From the NCBI GenBank assembly GCA_044348425.1, contig JBIKSV010000001.1, forward strand, positions 2,079 through 66,078: a stretch of DNA of 64,000 bases, read 5' to 3'. This document shows, one piece after another, positions 49,964 through 60,684 of this stretch. The notes under the pieces were generated by a model. It worked only from the letters and a program-made list of their open reading frames with translations. It ran no database searches and had not been told where the DNA came from. A program made the translations under genes and the position numbers. The stretch is from Candidatus Planktophila sp. Lineage in GTDB: Bacteria; Actinomycetota; Actinomycetes; Nanopelagicales; Nanopelagicaceae. Numbering within the stretch: position 1 is the stretch's first letter; every line of letters begins with the position of its first letter.

Positions 49964-50587
49964 GTGGCCCACATCCTTGTCATCGATAACTATGACTCCT
50001 TCGTCTTCAATCTTGTGCAATATCTCGCACAACTTGGGGCGAAGACCACTGTCGTACGTAACGATCAGGTCGAGGCAGGCGAGGCAGCCAAGTACGACGG
50101 CGTTCTCATTAGCCCAGGACCAGGCACTCCCGATAAAGCTGGTGTATCTATCGCGATGATTAAGTATTGCGCCGAAAACTCGATTCCGCTCTTTGGTGTG
50201 TGTCTTGGACACCAAGCAATCGGTGAAGCATTTGGTGCAACTGTTTCGCGAGCACCTGAGTTATTGCACGGAAAAACATCGCAGGTCAATCACAATGGTT
50301 TAGGTGTGATGAAAAATCTACCGACACCATTTACTGCAACTCGTTATCACTCACTTGCAGTCGAGCGCGACACTGTTCCGGCAGAACTTGAGATAACAAG
50401 CAGCACAGATTCCGGAGTCGTAATGTCTCTGCGTCACCGCACATTGCCGATCGAAGGCGTGCAGTTTCATCCTGAATCTGTTCTTACCGAACATGGACAT
50501 AAGATGTTAGGAAATTGGTTGGTGCAATGCGGTGATGCTGAAGCAATTAACCGCGCTGAAGGATTATCTCCAGTAATCAGCAAATAA
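49964..50587 (+). CDS. trpG: anthranilate/aminodeoxychorismate synthase glutamine amidotransferase
   Basis: IDNYDSF, SPGPG, GVCLGHQ, RYHSL, QFHPES. Confidence 0.93.
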   Translation: MAHILVIDNYDSFVFNLVQYLAQLGAKTTVVRNDQVEAGEAAKYDGVLISPGPGTPDKAGVSIAMIKYCAENSIPLFGVCLGHQAIGEAFGATVSRAPELLHGKTSQVNHNGLGVMKNLPTPFTATRYHSLAVERDTVPAELEITSSTDSGVVMSLRHRTLPIEGVQFHPESVLTEHGHKMLGNWLVQCGDAEAINRAEGLSPVISK

Positions 50588-50589
50588 GT

Positions 50590-52134
50590 TTAAGGCTGCT
50601 TATTAATTGTGATCGTTACTGAATTTCCAATTGTCTGGGTACTGCCAGCTTCAGGAGCTTGCCTGATAACAACTCCTTCGGGCTGAGTTGCATCGTATTC
50701 AATAAACTCTTTGATTAAGAATCCTGCTTGAATCAAAATTGTCTTAGCTTGAATTACTTCAACACCAATGAGATCTGGGACAGTGATTTCACCGCTGGCA
50801 ATTGTCAGAACAACTCCGCTACCTGCTGTGGTTATTGAACCAACTTCAGGCGAGACTTCGAGGATTGTTCCTTGCGGTTGATCAGATGGAGCGGCAATAG
50901 TCTGCGAAACCCTAAGTCCAACAGCGGTTAAGGCGGCGCGAGCATCGATGAGCGCCATTCCAATTAAATTGTCAGGAACAATCGCATTTCCGGGACCATC
51001 AGAAATTGTGAGAACAACAGCAGAACCACTTGGTGCGCGAGTAGTAGCAAGTGGTGATTGGCTAGCAATGCGCCCCTTAGGGATTACCGCATCATGGGCG
51101 GTCTTTATCGTGATGACATAGCCATCTAACAGGGCACGAGCTTCGCTTTCAGAGAGGCCGACAAGATTAGGAATCATTGGACCAGGCTCCTCTACACCGC
51201 TGAGCAAGAAGCCAGTGATTGAGATGGTTATTGCTGCGAGAAAAGCGCCACCGTAGGCAAGTGCGCTGCGACGAGTAAATAGCGGTTTGGTTGCAACTTT
51301 GGTTGTGACGCTCTGGCCTTGGCGTACTCTAACTAAATCACTCAACATCGCATCGGCGCTTTGATAACGATCATCAACTTTCTTAGCTAGCGCAACTTTG
51401 ATAATTGTTTCAATGCCGGCAGGCAAATCACTTTGCAATGCGCGCGCAGATGGGATCTCTCCTGATACATGTTGATAAGCGATAGATACCGGGGTCTCTC
51501 CAGTAAATGGAGGTTGACCAGTGAGAAGTTCAAAGAGCAGGCAACCTGTTGAATAGATATCGCTACGCGCATCAGCAGGTTCGCCCACTGCTTGCTCAGG
51601 AGAAAGGTATTGAGCAGTGCCGACTACGTTCCAGGTACTAGTAAGTGTCGCACCTAAGTCATCCATCGCTCGGGCAATGCCAAAATCCATCACCTTTACA
51701 TCGCCCGTATCTGTAATCATGACATTAGCGGGTTTGATATCGCGATGAACGATATTGCGCTGATGTGAATACTCAAGTGCAACGAGAACTTGTTCAACAA
51801 TTGTCAGTGCACGATTGAGCTCTACTCGCTCGCCTTGATGTATCAACTGGCGCAAGGTGTGGCCTGTAACTAGTTCCATAACTATGTACGGAGCTGGCTC
51901 TTCGCCAGAGTCATAGACCGCAACGATTCCAGGATGGTTAAGACCGGCAGCAGCTTTTGCCTCTTTGCGGAAACGTGAAACGAAGGCAGGATCTTTTGCA
52001 AGATCGCTTCGCAAAATCTTTACTGCGACTTCACGGGAGAGGCGCTGATCTTGGGCGATATAGACATCGGCCATTCCGCCAGTGCCAATCATTTCGCCTA
52101 AGAGATAGCGATCTCCAAGGAGCGTAGACATCAT
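50590..52134 (-). CDS. pknB: PASTA-domain Ser/Thr protein kinase
   Basis: GTGGMA, VAVK, HRDIKPAN, DFG, GTAQYLSPEQ, TM segment, about three PASTA repeats. Confidence 0.93.
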   Translation of the reverse strand: MMSTLLGDRYLLGEMIGTGGMADVYIAQDQRLSREVAVKILRSDLAKDPAFVSRFRKEAKAAAGLNHPGIVAVYDSGEEPAPYIVMELVTGHTLRQLIHQGERVELNRALTIVEQVLVALEYSHQRNIVHRDIKPANVMITDTGDVKVMDFGIARAMDDLGATLTSTWNVVGTAQYLSPEQAVGEPADARSDIYSTGCLLFELLTGQPPFTGETPVSIAYQHVSGEIPSARALQSDLPAGIETIIKVALAKKVDDRYQSADAMLSDLVRVRQGQSVTTKVATKPLFTRRSALAYGGAFLAAITISITGFLLSGVEEPGPMIPNLVGLSESEARALLDGYVITIKTAHDAVIPKGRIASQSPLATTRAPSGSAVVLTISDGPGNAIVPDNLIGMALIDARAALTAVGLRVSQTIAAPSDQPQGTILEVSPEVGSITTAGSGVVLTIASGEITVPDLIGVEVIQAKTILIQAGFLIKEFIEYDATQPEGVVIRQAPEAGSTQTIGNSVTITINKQP

Positions 52135-52907
52135 TTTGCTGCTCCTAGATAGCTCTCTGGTTCTTGAATATCGTTATCGAGAATATCTGCAACGATGACG
52201 GTGACATTATCAGGTGCACCATTTATATGTGCAGCTTCAATAAGTGCATCGACTGCGGTGCCTCGACCTTTCCCCTTCAAAATCGCCTTTATCTCTTTAT
52301 CTGCGACGACTCCTGTAAGGCCATCACTACAGAGAAGGAAGCGATCCTCAGCTTTGATATCTAAGGTGATTAAGGCAGGAAGATGGCGACCTTCGCCCAT
52401 CAAAACTTGAGTGAGTACCGATCTTTGTGGATGTGTAGCGATTTCAGATTCTGTAATCGCTCCCTGGTCAAGGAGTTCCTGGATAACTGTGTGATCAACA
52501 GTTAACTGCTCAAAAGTGTTTCCGCGCAAGCGGTAGATTCTTGAATCACCAATGTGCAGGAGAGCGATTGAACCATCACGCAAGAAGAGAGCAGAGAGAG
52601 TGGTTCCCATGCCTGCCAGGGATGGATTCTCATCAACAGAATTCGCTAAGGCGCCATCAATTTGCATGATTGATTTTGCCAAGAGCTCATCAATCTCTTC
52701 CTCTGCCATCTCTTTTGATTGCAGACTTTTTGCGATGGTAGAAATTGCACGTATTGCGATCTTGGAGGCCACTTCACCAGCGGCATGTCCGCCCATCCCG
52801 TCAGCGACTGCAACGAGAAAGTTAGAAGTCACAGCAGAGTCTTCGTTACCGGCGCGCACCATTCCAACAGCAGATTTTCCTGCCGTTGCGAAGTAGCGCT
52901 TGCTCAT
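52131..52907 (-). CDS. pstP: PP2C-family Ser/Thr phosphatase (soluble)
   Basis: RAGNED, VADGMGGH, GDSR, CSDGL, DNVT. Start moved to ATG 52907 to avoid head-to-head overlap with the next gene. Confidence 0.88.
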   Translation of the reverse strand: MSKRYFATAGKSAVGMVRAGNEDSAVTSNFLVAVADGMGGHAAGEVASKIAIRAISTIAKSLQSKEMAEEEIDELLAKSIMQIDGALANSVDENPSLAGMGTTLSALFLRDGSIALLHIGDSRIYRLRGNTFEQLTVDHTVIQELLDQGAITESEIATHPQRSVLTQVLMGEGRHLPALITLDIKAEDRFLLCSDGLTGVVADKEIKAILKGKGRGTAVDALIEAAHINGAPDNVTVIVADILDNDIQEPESYLGAAK

Positions 52908-52944
52908 GCCTGCAATCTTAATGGGTGGTAGATAGTCTTGGGGC

Positions 52945-53631
52945 ATGCTCATTTACGCACACCGGGGCGCATCCTGGAATTCACCTGAGCTAACTGAGTC
53001 TGCCTTTCTCGCTGCAGTTGATGAAGGTGCCGATGGATTTGAGTGTGATCTGCGTTTGAGCCGAGATGAAGTACCCGTGCTCTGGCATAACGCCTCAATG
53101 CAAGAAATCGCAGGAAGCCCTGGGCTCATTGCAGAGATGAACTTTAAGGAGATTTTGGCGGTTTATCCTCAAGTGTTAACACTTGATCAGTTTTTAGATA
53201 TTGCGCTTCTTCATAAGAAACATGTATTGCTTGAGACAAAACATCCAGTGATCTCGGGCAGTCGAATTGAAGAGATTATTGTGAAGACTCTGCGCGATAG
53301 AAATGTTATGGATTCGATTAGTGTTTCGATTCTTTCATTTAGTTGGAGCGCAATCGAAAAACTGGGGCGAATTGATGCTGATGTATCGCGCACCTATCTT
53401 CTATCATCACATTCACTTTGGGCTCAAGCACGTTTCTCTTCAGCTGATTATTTAGGTCCAGGAATCAATCGAATTCGAAAAGATCCAGCTATCGTCGAAA
53501 AGATTCATAATTACGGCAAGAAAGTAGCTGTTTGGACTGTAGATGATGGGGCTGATGTCGAGCTGTGTCGTGATTTAGGCGTAGATATTCTGATTACAAA
53601 TAAGCCGGCACATGCTCGCACTTTCCTTTAG
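52945..53631 (+). CDS. glycerophosphodiester phosphodiesterase
   Basis: AHRGAS, ECDLR, ETK, WTVD, ITNKP. Confidence 0.9.
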   Translation: MLIYAHRGASWNSPELTESAFLAAVDEGADGFECDLRLSRDEVPVLWHNASMQEIAGSPGLIAEMNFKEILAVYPQVLTLDQFLDIALLHKKHVLLETKHPVISGSRIEEIIVKTLRDRNVMDSISVSILSFSWSAIEKLGRIDADVSRTYLLSSHSLWAQARFSSADYLGPGINRIRKDPAIVEKIHNYGKKVAVWTVDDGADVELCRDLGVDILITNKPAHARTFL

Positions 53632-53643
53632 TATCCTTAGCCA

Positions 53644-54471
53644 GTGCATACCTTCGCCTACCTCGGTCCTGTTGGGACATTCACTGAAGCGGCATTGAAC
53701 AAGGTAACTTGCGATACTGATAAGAAGATTCCATATATAAACGTTACAGCCGCACTCGATGCAGTCAGAACAGGCGAAGCCGACTTTGCTTTAGTTCCAA
53801 TCGAAAATTCTGTTGAAGGCGTAGTCGCCCGTACGCTCGATGAACTTGCAAATGGCGAGCCCCTCACAATTTCAGGTGAAGTAACCCTCGCTGTCACCTT
53901 TGATTTCATGGTGAAGGCCGGCACTAAGGCAATCAATCGAATTGGCACCCACCCACACGCCGAAGCACAATGTCGCGCATACCTATCTATTAACTATCCA
54001 CATGCAGAGATAGTGCCAACCAACTCAACATCAGCCGCCGCTGAGATGGTTGCAAAGGGCGAACTCGATGCGGCGATTGCATCAACAGCTGCCGCCGAAC
54101 ATTTCAACCTCGAAGTTCTAGCCTCAAATATCGGCGATAACACCGGCGCAGTTACTCGCTTTATTGCAGCCCAGAAGCCTGGCTATATCCCAGAGCCAAC
54201 CGGGCACGATCGCACCTCTCTTGTTGTCTATATCGATATCGATCATGCCGGCGCTTTGCTGGAGATTCTTACCGTCTTTGCCAAATACAACGTCAACTTA
54301 ACTTTTATTCAATCACGTCCCACCGGACGCGAACTCGGTCACTACCATTTCGTCATAGATGTTGAGGGTCATATCAATGATGAAGCCGTTGCCAAATCAT
54401 TGGCCGAACTTCGCGAAATCTGCGATGACATCAGATTCTTAGGTTCATATCCACGAGAGGCACAACCATGA
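53644..54471 (+). CDS. pheA: prephenate dehydratase
   Basis: [24 protein letters not shown] domain IQSRP, FLGSYP. Confidence 0.95.
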   Translation: MHTFAYLGPVGTFTEAALNKVTCDTDKKIPYINVTAALDAVRTGEADFALVPIENSVEGVVARTLDELANGEPLTISGEVTLAVTFDFMVKAGTKAINRIGTHPHAEAQCRAYLSINYPHAEIVPTNSTSAAAEMVAKGELDAAIASTAAAEHFNLEVLASNIGDNTGAVTRFIAAQKPGYIPEPTGHDRTSLVVYIDIDHAGALLEILTVFAKYNVNLTFIQSRPTGRELGHYHFVIDVEGHINDEAVAKSLAELREICDDIRFLGSYPREAQP

Positions 54472-55736
54472 TTGATATCAAATTCTTACGTGAGAATCCT
54501 GATGTTGTCCGCCTTTCTCAAAAAGGTCGCGGCGAAAGCGTTGATTTAGTAGATCAAATTCTTGCTATTGATGAAGTCAAGCGTGCTGCTATCAGCGAAT
54601 TTGAAGCGCTACGTCAAGAGCAGAATGCGCATTCAAAGAGTGTTGGAGCAGCTAAAGGTGATGAAAAGACAGCGCTATTAGCTAACGCGAAAGAGCTTGC
54701 AGAAAAAGTTAAAGCAGCTGATAGCAAGCGCTCTGAAATAGAAGAGAAGGCAAAAGCACTACTTCTTCAACTTTCTAACCTCCTTGATCCTGCCGCGCCT
54801 CTTGGCGGAGAAGAAGATTTTGTCACTATCGAACACGTCGGGACCCCTCGTGATTTCGCAAAGGATGGATTTACTCCAAAGGATCACGTTGAACTTGGCA
54901 AGTTGCTCGGCGCTATAGATACCGAACGTGGTGCCAAAGTTGCAGGATCACGCTCATATTATTTAACAGGTGCTGGTGCCATGCTCGAATTTGCTCTCGT
55001 TAATTACGCGATTCAAAGCGCACTCAAAAATGGTTTTACTCCAGTTATTCCACCAGTACTGGTTAATCCAGCGGCGATGGAGGGAACAGGATTTCTCGGT
55101 CAGGCGGCTGAGAATGTCTATCGCATCGAAAGTGATGATGTGTATTTGGTTGGAACCTCAGAAGTTCCACTTGCTGCAATGCATATGGATGAGATTCTCG
55201 TCGGCGATAAATTGCCTATGCGCTATGCCGGATATTCATCATGCTTCCGCCGTGAAGCAGGTACTTACGGAAAAGATACCCGCGGCATCATCCGAGTTCA
55301 CCAATTTGATAAGGTCGAAATGTTTACCTTCTGCAAGCCAGAGGATGCAGCTGCAGAACATCAACGTTTATTGCAGTGGGAGAAGGATTTTCTCAATGCC
55401 ATGGAGATCCCATATCGAGTTATTGATGTGGCCTCTGGCGATCTCGGATCTAGCGCAACACGTAAGTTTGATATCGAAGCCTGGATTCCAACTCAAGAGG
55501 CATATCGCGAAGTAACCAGCACATCTAATTGCACCGAATTTCAAGCTCGCCGCCTCAATATTCGCTATAAAGATAGTGATGGAACAAAAGCAGTGGCAAC
55601 GCTCAACGGCACTTTAGTTGCTATTCCACGCATGATTGTCGCGATTCTAGAGAACCATCAAAATGCCGATGGAACAGTAAATGTTCCGGCAGCGCTCCAA
55701 CCCTTCCTCGGTAAAGCAAAGCTTGATTTGGTATGA
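54468..55736 (+). CDS. serS: serine--tRNA ligase
   Basis: [27 protein letters not shown]. Confidence 0.97.
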   Translation: MIDIKFLRENPDVVRLSQKGRGESVDLVDQILAIDEVKRAAISEFEALRQEQNAHSKSVGAAKGDEKTALLANAKELAEKVKAADSKRSEIEEKAKALLLQLSNLLDPAAPLGGEEDFVTIEHVGTPRDFAKDGFTPKDHVELGKLLGAIDTERGAKVAGSRSYYLTGAGAMLEFALVNYAIQSALKNGFTPVIPPVLVNPAAMEGTGFLGQAAENVYRIESDDVYLVGTSEVPLAAMHMDEILVGDKLPMRYAGYSSCFRREAGTYGKDTRGIIRVHQFDKVEMFTFCKPEDAAAEHQRLLQWEKDFLNAMEIPYRVIDVASGDLGSSATRKFDIEAWIPTQEAYREVTSTSNCTEFQARRLNIRYKDSDGTKAVATLNGTLVAIPRMIVAILENHQNADGTVNVPAALQPFLGKAKLDLV

Positions 55737-56557
55737 GTTCATTGAGCGGACGCCGCCCAAAGTTAATTGCTACAGATCTTGACGGAACAATCGTCAATCA
55801 CGATGGAACAATTTCCGATCGGACCGTAACAACATTTAAACGTGCACGAGATATGGGCGTCGAAATATTTTTTGTAACTGGTCGCCCTCCCCGCTGGATG
55901 CCCGAAATCCGCGAAGCATTTGGTTTTGGAAATGCTATCTGCGGTAATGGTGCGATGTTATATGACTTGCTCGGAGATAAAGTTCTCGAAGAGTGGCTCA
56001 TTAGCGTTGAAGATCAACTCGAAACCATTAAGCGATTACGTATTGCGATCCCTAGCGTTTCATTTGCAGTTGAGTCTCACAGCTATTTCCATCGCGAGAA
56101 GGCATACATTCCTCGCTGGGATGTCGGACTAGACAACATCGGTGTGAATAGAATTGAAGATATAATTCAATCACCGGCGCTCAAACTCTTAGCTCGTTGT
56201 TCCGCTCAGGAAATCTCATCTGATGCGATGCTCGCAACCGCTATTCCTGTTCTTGATGGTTTAGTAACAGTTACGCATTCCAATCCAGATGATTCTTTGC
56301 TTGAGATATCTGCAATCAATGTTTCTAAAGGGGCAACACTTGCAAAGATGGCAGCGCGACTGGGTATTGATGCTGCTGATTGCGTAACTTTTGGTGATAA
56401 CCCCAATGATTTCTCGATGCTTGCATGGAGTGGACGCTCTTATGCGATGGCTTCAGGCCACCCGGATGGCGCCAAAATCGCAAAAAGTGTCGCTGCACCT
56501 TGTGAAGAAGATGGGGTCGCGCAAGCAATCGATGCCCTCCTCGATCTTCCCGCCTAA
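55733..56557 (+). CDS. Cof-type HAD hydrolase
   Basis: DLDGT, VTGR, SKG, FGDNPND. Confidence 0.92.
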   Translation: MSSLSGRRPKLIATDLDGTIVNHDGTISDRTVTTFKRARDMGVEIFFVTGRPPRWMPEIREAFGFGNAICGNGAMLYDLLGDKVLEEWLISVEDQLETIKRLRIAIPSVSFAVESHSYFHREKAYIPRWDVGLDNIGVNRIEDIIQSPALKLLARCSAQEISSDAMLATAIPVLDGLVTVTHSNPDDSLLEISAINVSKGATLAKMAARLGIDAADCVTFGDNPNDFSMLAWSGRSYAMASGHPDGAKIAKSVAAPCEEDGVAQAIDALLDLPA

Positions 56558-56604
56558 GCCCCTTCATTTTTCAAAATTACTCAAACTCAGGTAGCCTCTC
56601 CCAC

Positions 56605-56687
56605 GGAGGACTCGCATAGCGGCCGAGTGCACCGGTCTTGAAAACCGGCAGGTGAAAGCCTCGTGGGTTCAAATCCCACGTCCTCCG
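56605..56687 (+). tRNA. tRNA-Ser (TGA), CCA not encoded
   Basis: GGAGGAC...GTCCTCC acceptor stem, anticodon arm ccggt-ctTGAaa-accgg, long variable arm. Confidence 0.95.
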
Positions 56688-56698
56688 CGGTAAAGATA

Positions 56699-56750
56699 AG
56701 AACCCGCCTCATGCCCAAAATTGGGAGCTTGGGGCGGGTTCTCTTTTTGT
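56699..56750 (+). terminator. intrinsic terminator after tRNA-Ser
   Basis: agaacccgcctca...tggggcgggttct stem followed by ctttttgt. Confidence 0.75.
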
Positions 56751-56870
56751 GTTTGACTTCATAATGCAATGAGCTCAGCTGATATGGATACTTTTGCTCA
56801 ATAAGCGCACACTTACCCCATAAGTGAACCGGCGCTAGCTGGCCGCAAACGTTGAAGCAGGGGAGTCGTA

Positions 56871-57674
56871 ATGTCCGGAGTTTTTTCTCCAACACGCGCC
56901 AAAATCAATGAGCGCACACTCAGAACAGATAAGTGGTGGCTTGAGCCCGCAATTACATTCGGTGTGCTCTTCTCATTCGTTATCTATGCAACATTTAGAG
57001 CATTTGAGGGCGCTAATTACTATAAAGATCACTTGATTTCCCCATTCTATTCACCGTGTTTATCAAAGGCTTGCGTCCCTGAAGCGACTCTCTTCGGTTG
57101 GACTCCAGTCAGTGCAGAAATTTTTAGCTTCGCACTTTCTCCAGCGCTAATCATTTTGATCTTCCCACTTGGTTTCCGTATGACTTGTTATTACTACCGC
57201 AAGGCTTACTACCGTGCATTCTGGTTATCACCTCCTGCATGTGCTGTTGCAGAGCCACACACCAAGTACACAGGTGAAACACGTGCACCACTTATTTTGC
57301 AGAATGCGCACCGTTGGTTCTTCTATGCAGGCCTTGTCTTTAACGTCATCTTGACCTACGACGCGATTCTTGCCTTTAAGGGTAAAGATGGAGAATGGGG
57401 CGCTTTCTCAGTTGGAACGATCGTTCTTTCGTTAAGCGCAGCGATGCTGTGGATGTATTCATTGTCTTGCCACACATGTCGCCACACCGTCGGTGGTCGC
57501 CTCAAGCACTTCTCAAAGCACCCAGTGCGTTACAAGCTCTGGTCATGGGTTTCAGTCCTTAACCATTCACACCAAAAGTTTGCGTGGTACTCATTGGCAG
57601 CGGTTGCTTTCGCCGATATTTATGTCCGCCAAGTTGCAACTGGCGCCTGGACCAACTACTACTTCTTCTCGTAA
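56871..57674 (+). CDS. succinate dehydrogenase membrane anchor, mycobacterial Sdh1 (type F) class
   Basis: FRMTCYYYRKAYYR, QNAHRW, SCHTCRH; precedes the flavoprotein gene. Confidence 0.82.
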   Translation: MSGVFSPTRAKINERTLRTDKWWLEPAITFGVLFSFVIYATFRAFEGANYYKDHLISPFYSPCLSKACVPEATLFGWTPVSAEIFSFALSPALIILIFPLGFRMTCYYYRKAYYRAFWLSPPACAVAEPHTKYTGETRAPLILQNAHRWFFYAGLVFNVILTYDAILAFKGKDGEWGAFSVGTIVLSLSAAMLWMYSLSCHTCRHTVGGRLKHFSKHPVRYKLWSWVSVLNHSHQKFAWYSLAAVAFADIYVRQVATGAWTNYYFFS

Positions 57675-57695
57675 GAAGATAAAGGGATTAAATAA

Positions 57696-59582
57696 ATGCC
57701 ACAGAATCTTCAGAAGTTAAAGTACGACGTAGTCATTATCGGTGCCGGCGGAGCGGGTCTTCGTGCAGCAGTCGAAGCGCGCGAATCAGGCCTTCGTGTA
57801 GCGATCATCTGTAAATCATTATTTGGTAAAGCCCACACTGTTATGGCAGAAGGCGGCGCCGCTGCATCTATGGGTAATGCCAATAGCAATGACAATTGGA
57901 TGGTTCACTTCCGCGACACAATGCGTGGCGGTAAGTTCCTGAATCATTACCGTATGGCAGAGCTTCACGCTAAAGAGTCACCAGATCGAATTTGGGAACT
58001 TGAAGTATGGGGCGCGCTCTTTGATCGCACCAAAGAAGGAAAGATTTCACAACGTAACTTTGGTGGTCACGAGTATCCACGTCTTGCACACGTTGGTGAC
58101 CGCACTGGTCTTGAACTCATCCGCACAATGCAGCAGAAGATTGTTGCATTGCAGCAAGCAGATAAGGCTGAGTACGGAGATGCTGAGGCAAATCTCAAGG
58201 TCTATGCCGAACTTACAGTCACAGATATTCTGAAAGAAAATGGCAAAGTTGCAGGTGTCTACGGATACTGGCGCGAGAACGGCGATGAAGTTCTCGTTGA
58301 AGCACCAGCTGTAGTAATTGCAACCGGTGGCGTAGGTAAGACTTTCAAGATTACTTCAAACTCTTGGGAGGGTACTGGCGATGGCCATGCGCTCGCCCTT
58401 AAGGCTGGAGCAAATCTCAAAGATATGGAGTTCTTACAATTCCACCCAACAGGAATGGTCTGGCCACCATCTGTTCGCGGAATTTTGGTTACTGAATCAG
58501 TTCGTGGTGAAGGTGGAGTTCTCACCAACAATAAGGGCGAACGGTTTATGTTTAATTACATCCCTGATGTCTTTAAAGATAAGTATGCAACGACCGCTGA
58601 AGAAGCAGATCGCTGGTATGAAGATCAAGATAACAACCGCCGCCCGCCAGAGCTTCTGCCTCGCGATGAAGTAGCACGCGCGATTAACGCAGAAGTTAAA
58701 GCCGGTCGCGGTACTGAACACGGTGGAGTATTCCTCGATGTTTCAAAGCGTTTGCCAGCTGAAGTCATTAAAAAGCGCCTTCCATCTATGTGGCACCAGT
58801 TCTACGAATTAGCTGGCGTAGATATCACCAAAGAAGCGATGGAAGTTGGTCCAACCTGTCACTACGTGATGGGTGGCGTTGAGGTAGATCCAGATACTGC
58901 TGCTGCAATTGGAGTTCCAGGACTCTTTGCAGCTGGCGAAGTTGCTGGTGGAATGCACGGCTCTAACCGTTTGGGTGGAAACTCGCTCTCAGATCTTCTT
59001 GTCTTTGGTCGTCGCGCTGGAATGGGCGCTGCGCAATACCTAAAGAACAACGGATCTAATCCGGTTTCAGATGCAACGATTAAGGCAGCAGCTGATCGCA
59101 TTGAAGCGCCATTTAAGAATCAAGGCGGCGAAAATGCTTACTCATTGCACCAGGAGCTTCAAGAAGTCGCCCACAACTTAGTTGGAATCATTCGTACCGG
59201 TTCTGAACTTAAAGAAGCGATTACCAAGATTGCACAGATTCGTGATCGCAGTCAGAAAGTAACAGTCGCTGGAGACCGTAAGTTCAATCCTGGCTTCCAC
59301 CTTGCCTTCGATCTCGACAATATGTTGTTAGTTGCTGAATCAACAGCAAAGTCAGCAATCTTGCGTGAGGAATCGCGTGGTGGACATACCCGTGATGACT
59401 TCCCTGCCATGGATAATAAGTGGCGTCAGGTCAACCACATCGCTAGCTATAACGGCAGCGAAGTTGTTGTAAAGGCACAAGAACTTGCGCCAATTCCTAA
59501 AGAACTCTTCAATCTCTTTGATATTCACGAGCTGGAGAAATACATGACACCGGAAGAAATTGCGAAAGGCGGTTCCAACTAA
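57696..59582 (+). CDS. sdhA: succinate dehydrogenase / fumarate reductase flavoprotein
   Basis: GAGGAG, AHTVMAEGG, QFHPT, HYVMGG, HGSNRLGGNSL, ESRGGH. Confidence 0.93.
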   Translation: MPQNLQKLKYDVVIIGAGGAGLRAAVEARESGLRVAIICKSLFGKAHTVMAEGGAAASMGNANSNDNWMVHFRDTMRGGKFLNHYRMAELHAKESPDRIWELEVWGALFDRTKEGKISQRNFGGHEYPRLAHVGDRTGLELIRTMQQKIVALQQADKAEYGDAEANLKVYAELTVTDILKENGKVAGVYGYWRENGDEVLVEAPAVVIATGGVGKTFKITSNSWEGTGDGHALALKAGANLKDMEFLQFHPTGMVWPPSVRGILVTESVRGEGGVLTNNKGERFMFNYIPDVFKDKYATTAEEADRWYEDQDNNRRPPELLPRDEVARAINAEVKAGRGTEHGGVFLDVSKRLPAEVIKKRLPSMWHQFYELAGVDITKEAMEVGPTCHYVMGGVEVDPDTAAAIGVPGLFAAGEVAGGMHGSNRLGGNSLSDLLVFGRRAGMGAAQYLKNNGSNPVSDATIKAAADRIEAPFKNQGGENAYSLHQELQEVAHNLVGIIRTGSELKEAITKIAQIRDRSQKVTVAGDRKFNPGFHLAFDLDNMLLVAESTAKSAILREESRGGHTRDDFPAMDNKWRQVNHIASYNGSEVVVKAQELAPIPKELFNLFDIHELEKYMTPEEIAKGGSN

Positions 59583-60340
59583 TGGCGCGCAAACTCAATC
59601 TTCGTATCTGGCGCGGTGACGCAACAGATGGTGGCTTAAAAGATGTCGTCGTTGATGTCAACGAGGGCGAAGTTGTCCTCGATGTAATCCATCGCGTGCA
59701 AGCAACCCAGATGGGCGATCTTGCAGTTCGTTGGAACTGTAAGGCCGGTAAGTGCGGTTCATGTTCGATGGAGATCAACGGTAAGCCACGTCTAGCGTGT
59801 ATGACTCAGGTCGCCTCTTTCGATGAGGATGAAACCATTACCGTTACCCCACTTCGCGCGTTTCCAATCATCAAGGATCTCGTCACCGATGTCTCCTTTA
59901 ACTACAAGAAGGCGATGGAGATTCCGGCTTACTCACACCCAAAGGACTTAGCGCCAGGTGAAGCTCGTATGGAACAGGTCGATGTCGAGCGTTCCCAAGA
60001 GTTCCGTAAATGTATTGAGTGCTTCCTTTGCCAAGATACATGTCACGTAATCCGCGATCACGAAGAGAACAAGCCATCATTTGCTGGCCCACGTTTCTTT
60101 ATCCGTATTGCAGAACTAGATATGCACCCACTAGATACTCTTAAAAATCGTAAGCGCACCGCACAAGAAGAGCATGGTCTCGGAATGTGTAACATCACAA
60201 AGTGCTGTACTGAGGTCTGTCCAGAACATATCAAGATTACAGATAACGCCATTATCCCTATGAAAGAGCGCGTCGTAGATATTAAGTACGATCCAGCTCG
60301 CATGTTTAGCGGATTGTTGCGTCGCGAAAAGAGAAATTAA
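59582..60340 (+). CDS. sdhB: succinate dehydrogenase iron-sulfur subunit
   Basis: CKAGKCGSC, CIECFLCQDTC, CNITKCCTEVCP. Confidence 0.93.
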   Translation: MARKLNLRIWRGDATDGGLKDVVVDVNEGEVVLDVIHRVQATQMGDLAVRWNCKAGKCGSCSMEINGKPRLACMTQVASFDEDETITVTPLRAFPIIKDLVTDVSFNYKKAMEIPAYSHPKDLAPGEARMEQVDVERSQEFRKCIECFLCQDTCHVIRDHEENKPSFAGPRFFIRIAELDMHPLDTLKNRKRTAQEEHGLGMCNITKCCTEVCPEHIKITDNAIIPMKERVVDIKYDPARMFSGLLRREKRN

Positions 60341-60682
60341 TTGATTCTCATCCGTTGGGCAGTACTCGCATTTGCTATGTGGGTATCTACCGTCTTTGTC
60401 TCAGGAATTGAGGTAGATGGCGGGCCGTTGACCTATCTCTGGGTGGCGCTGCTCTTCGGATTGATCAATGCATTCTTTGGTTCGATTATTAAAGTTTTAA
60501 CTTTTCCAGTTTCTATTGTGACTTTTGGATTATTTATCTTTGTAATCAACGCTGCGATGTTATCTCTAACAGATGTATGGTCAGATAAATTGGCCGTAAA
60601 TGGATTTTGGTCAGCCATCTTTGCATCTCTAATTATCTCGGTGATAACAACAGCTTTCCGCGCTCTGTCAAAGAAGGCTTAG
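60341..60682 (+). CDS. 4-TM YvlD-like membrane protein (annotated as phage holin family)
   Basis: LINA...LTFP..IVTFGLF..VINA motif. Confidence 0.8.
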   Translation: MILIRWAVLAFAMWVSTVFVSGIEVDGGPLTYLWVALLFGLINAFFGSIIKVLTFPVSIVTFGLFIFVINAAMLSLTDVWSDKLAVNGFWSAIFASLIISVITTAFRALSKKA

Positions 60683-60684
60683 TC

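Noticed and set aside
60341-60682. Prophage, suggested by a holin-family gene
   Set aside because: YvlD-like 4-TM proteins are common chromosomal genes, and no phage genes flank it.
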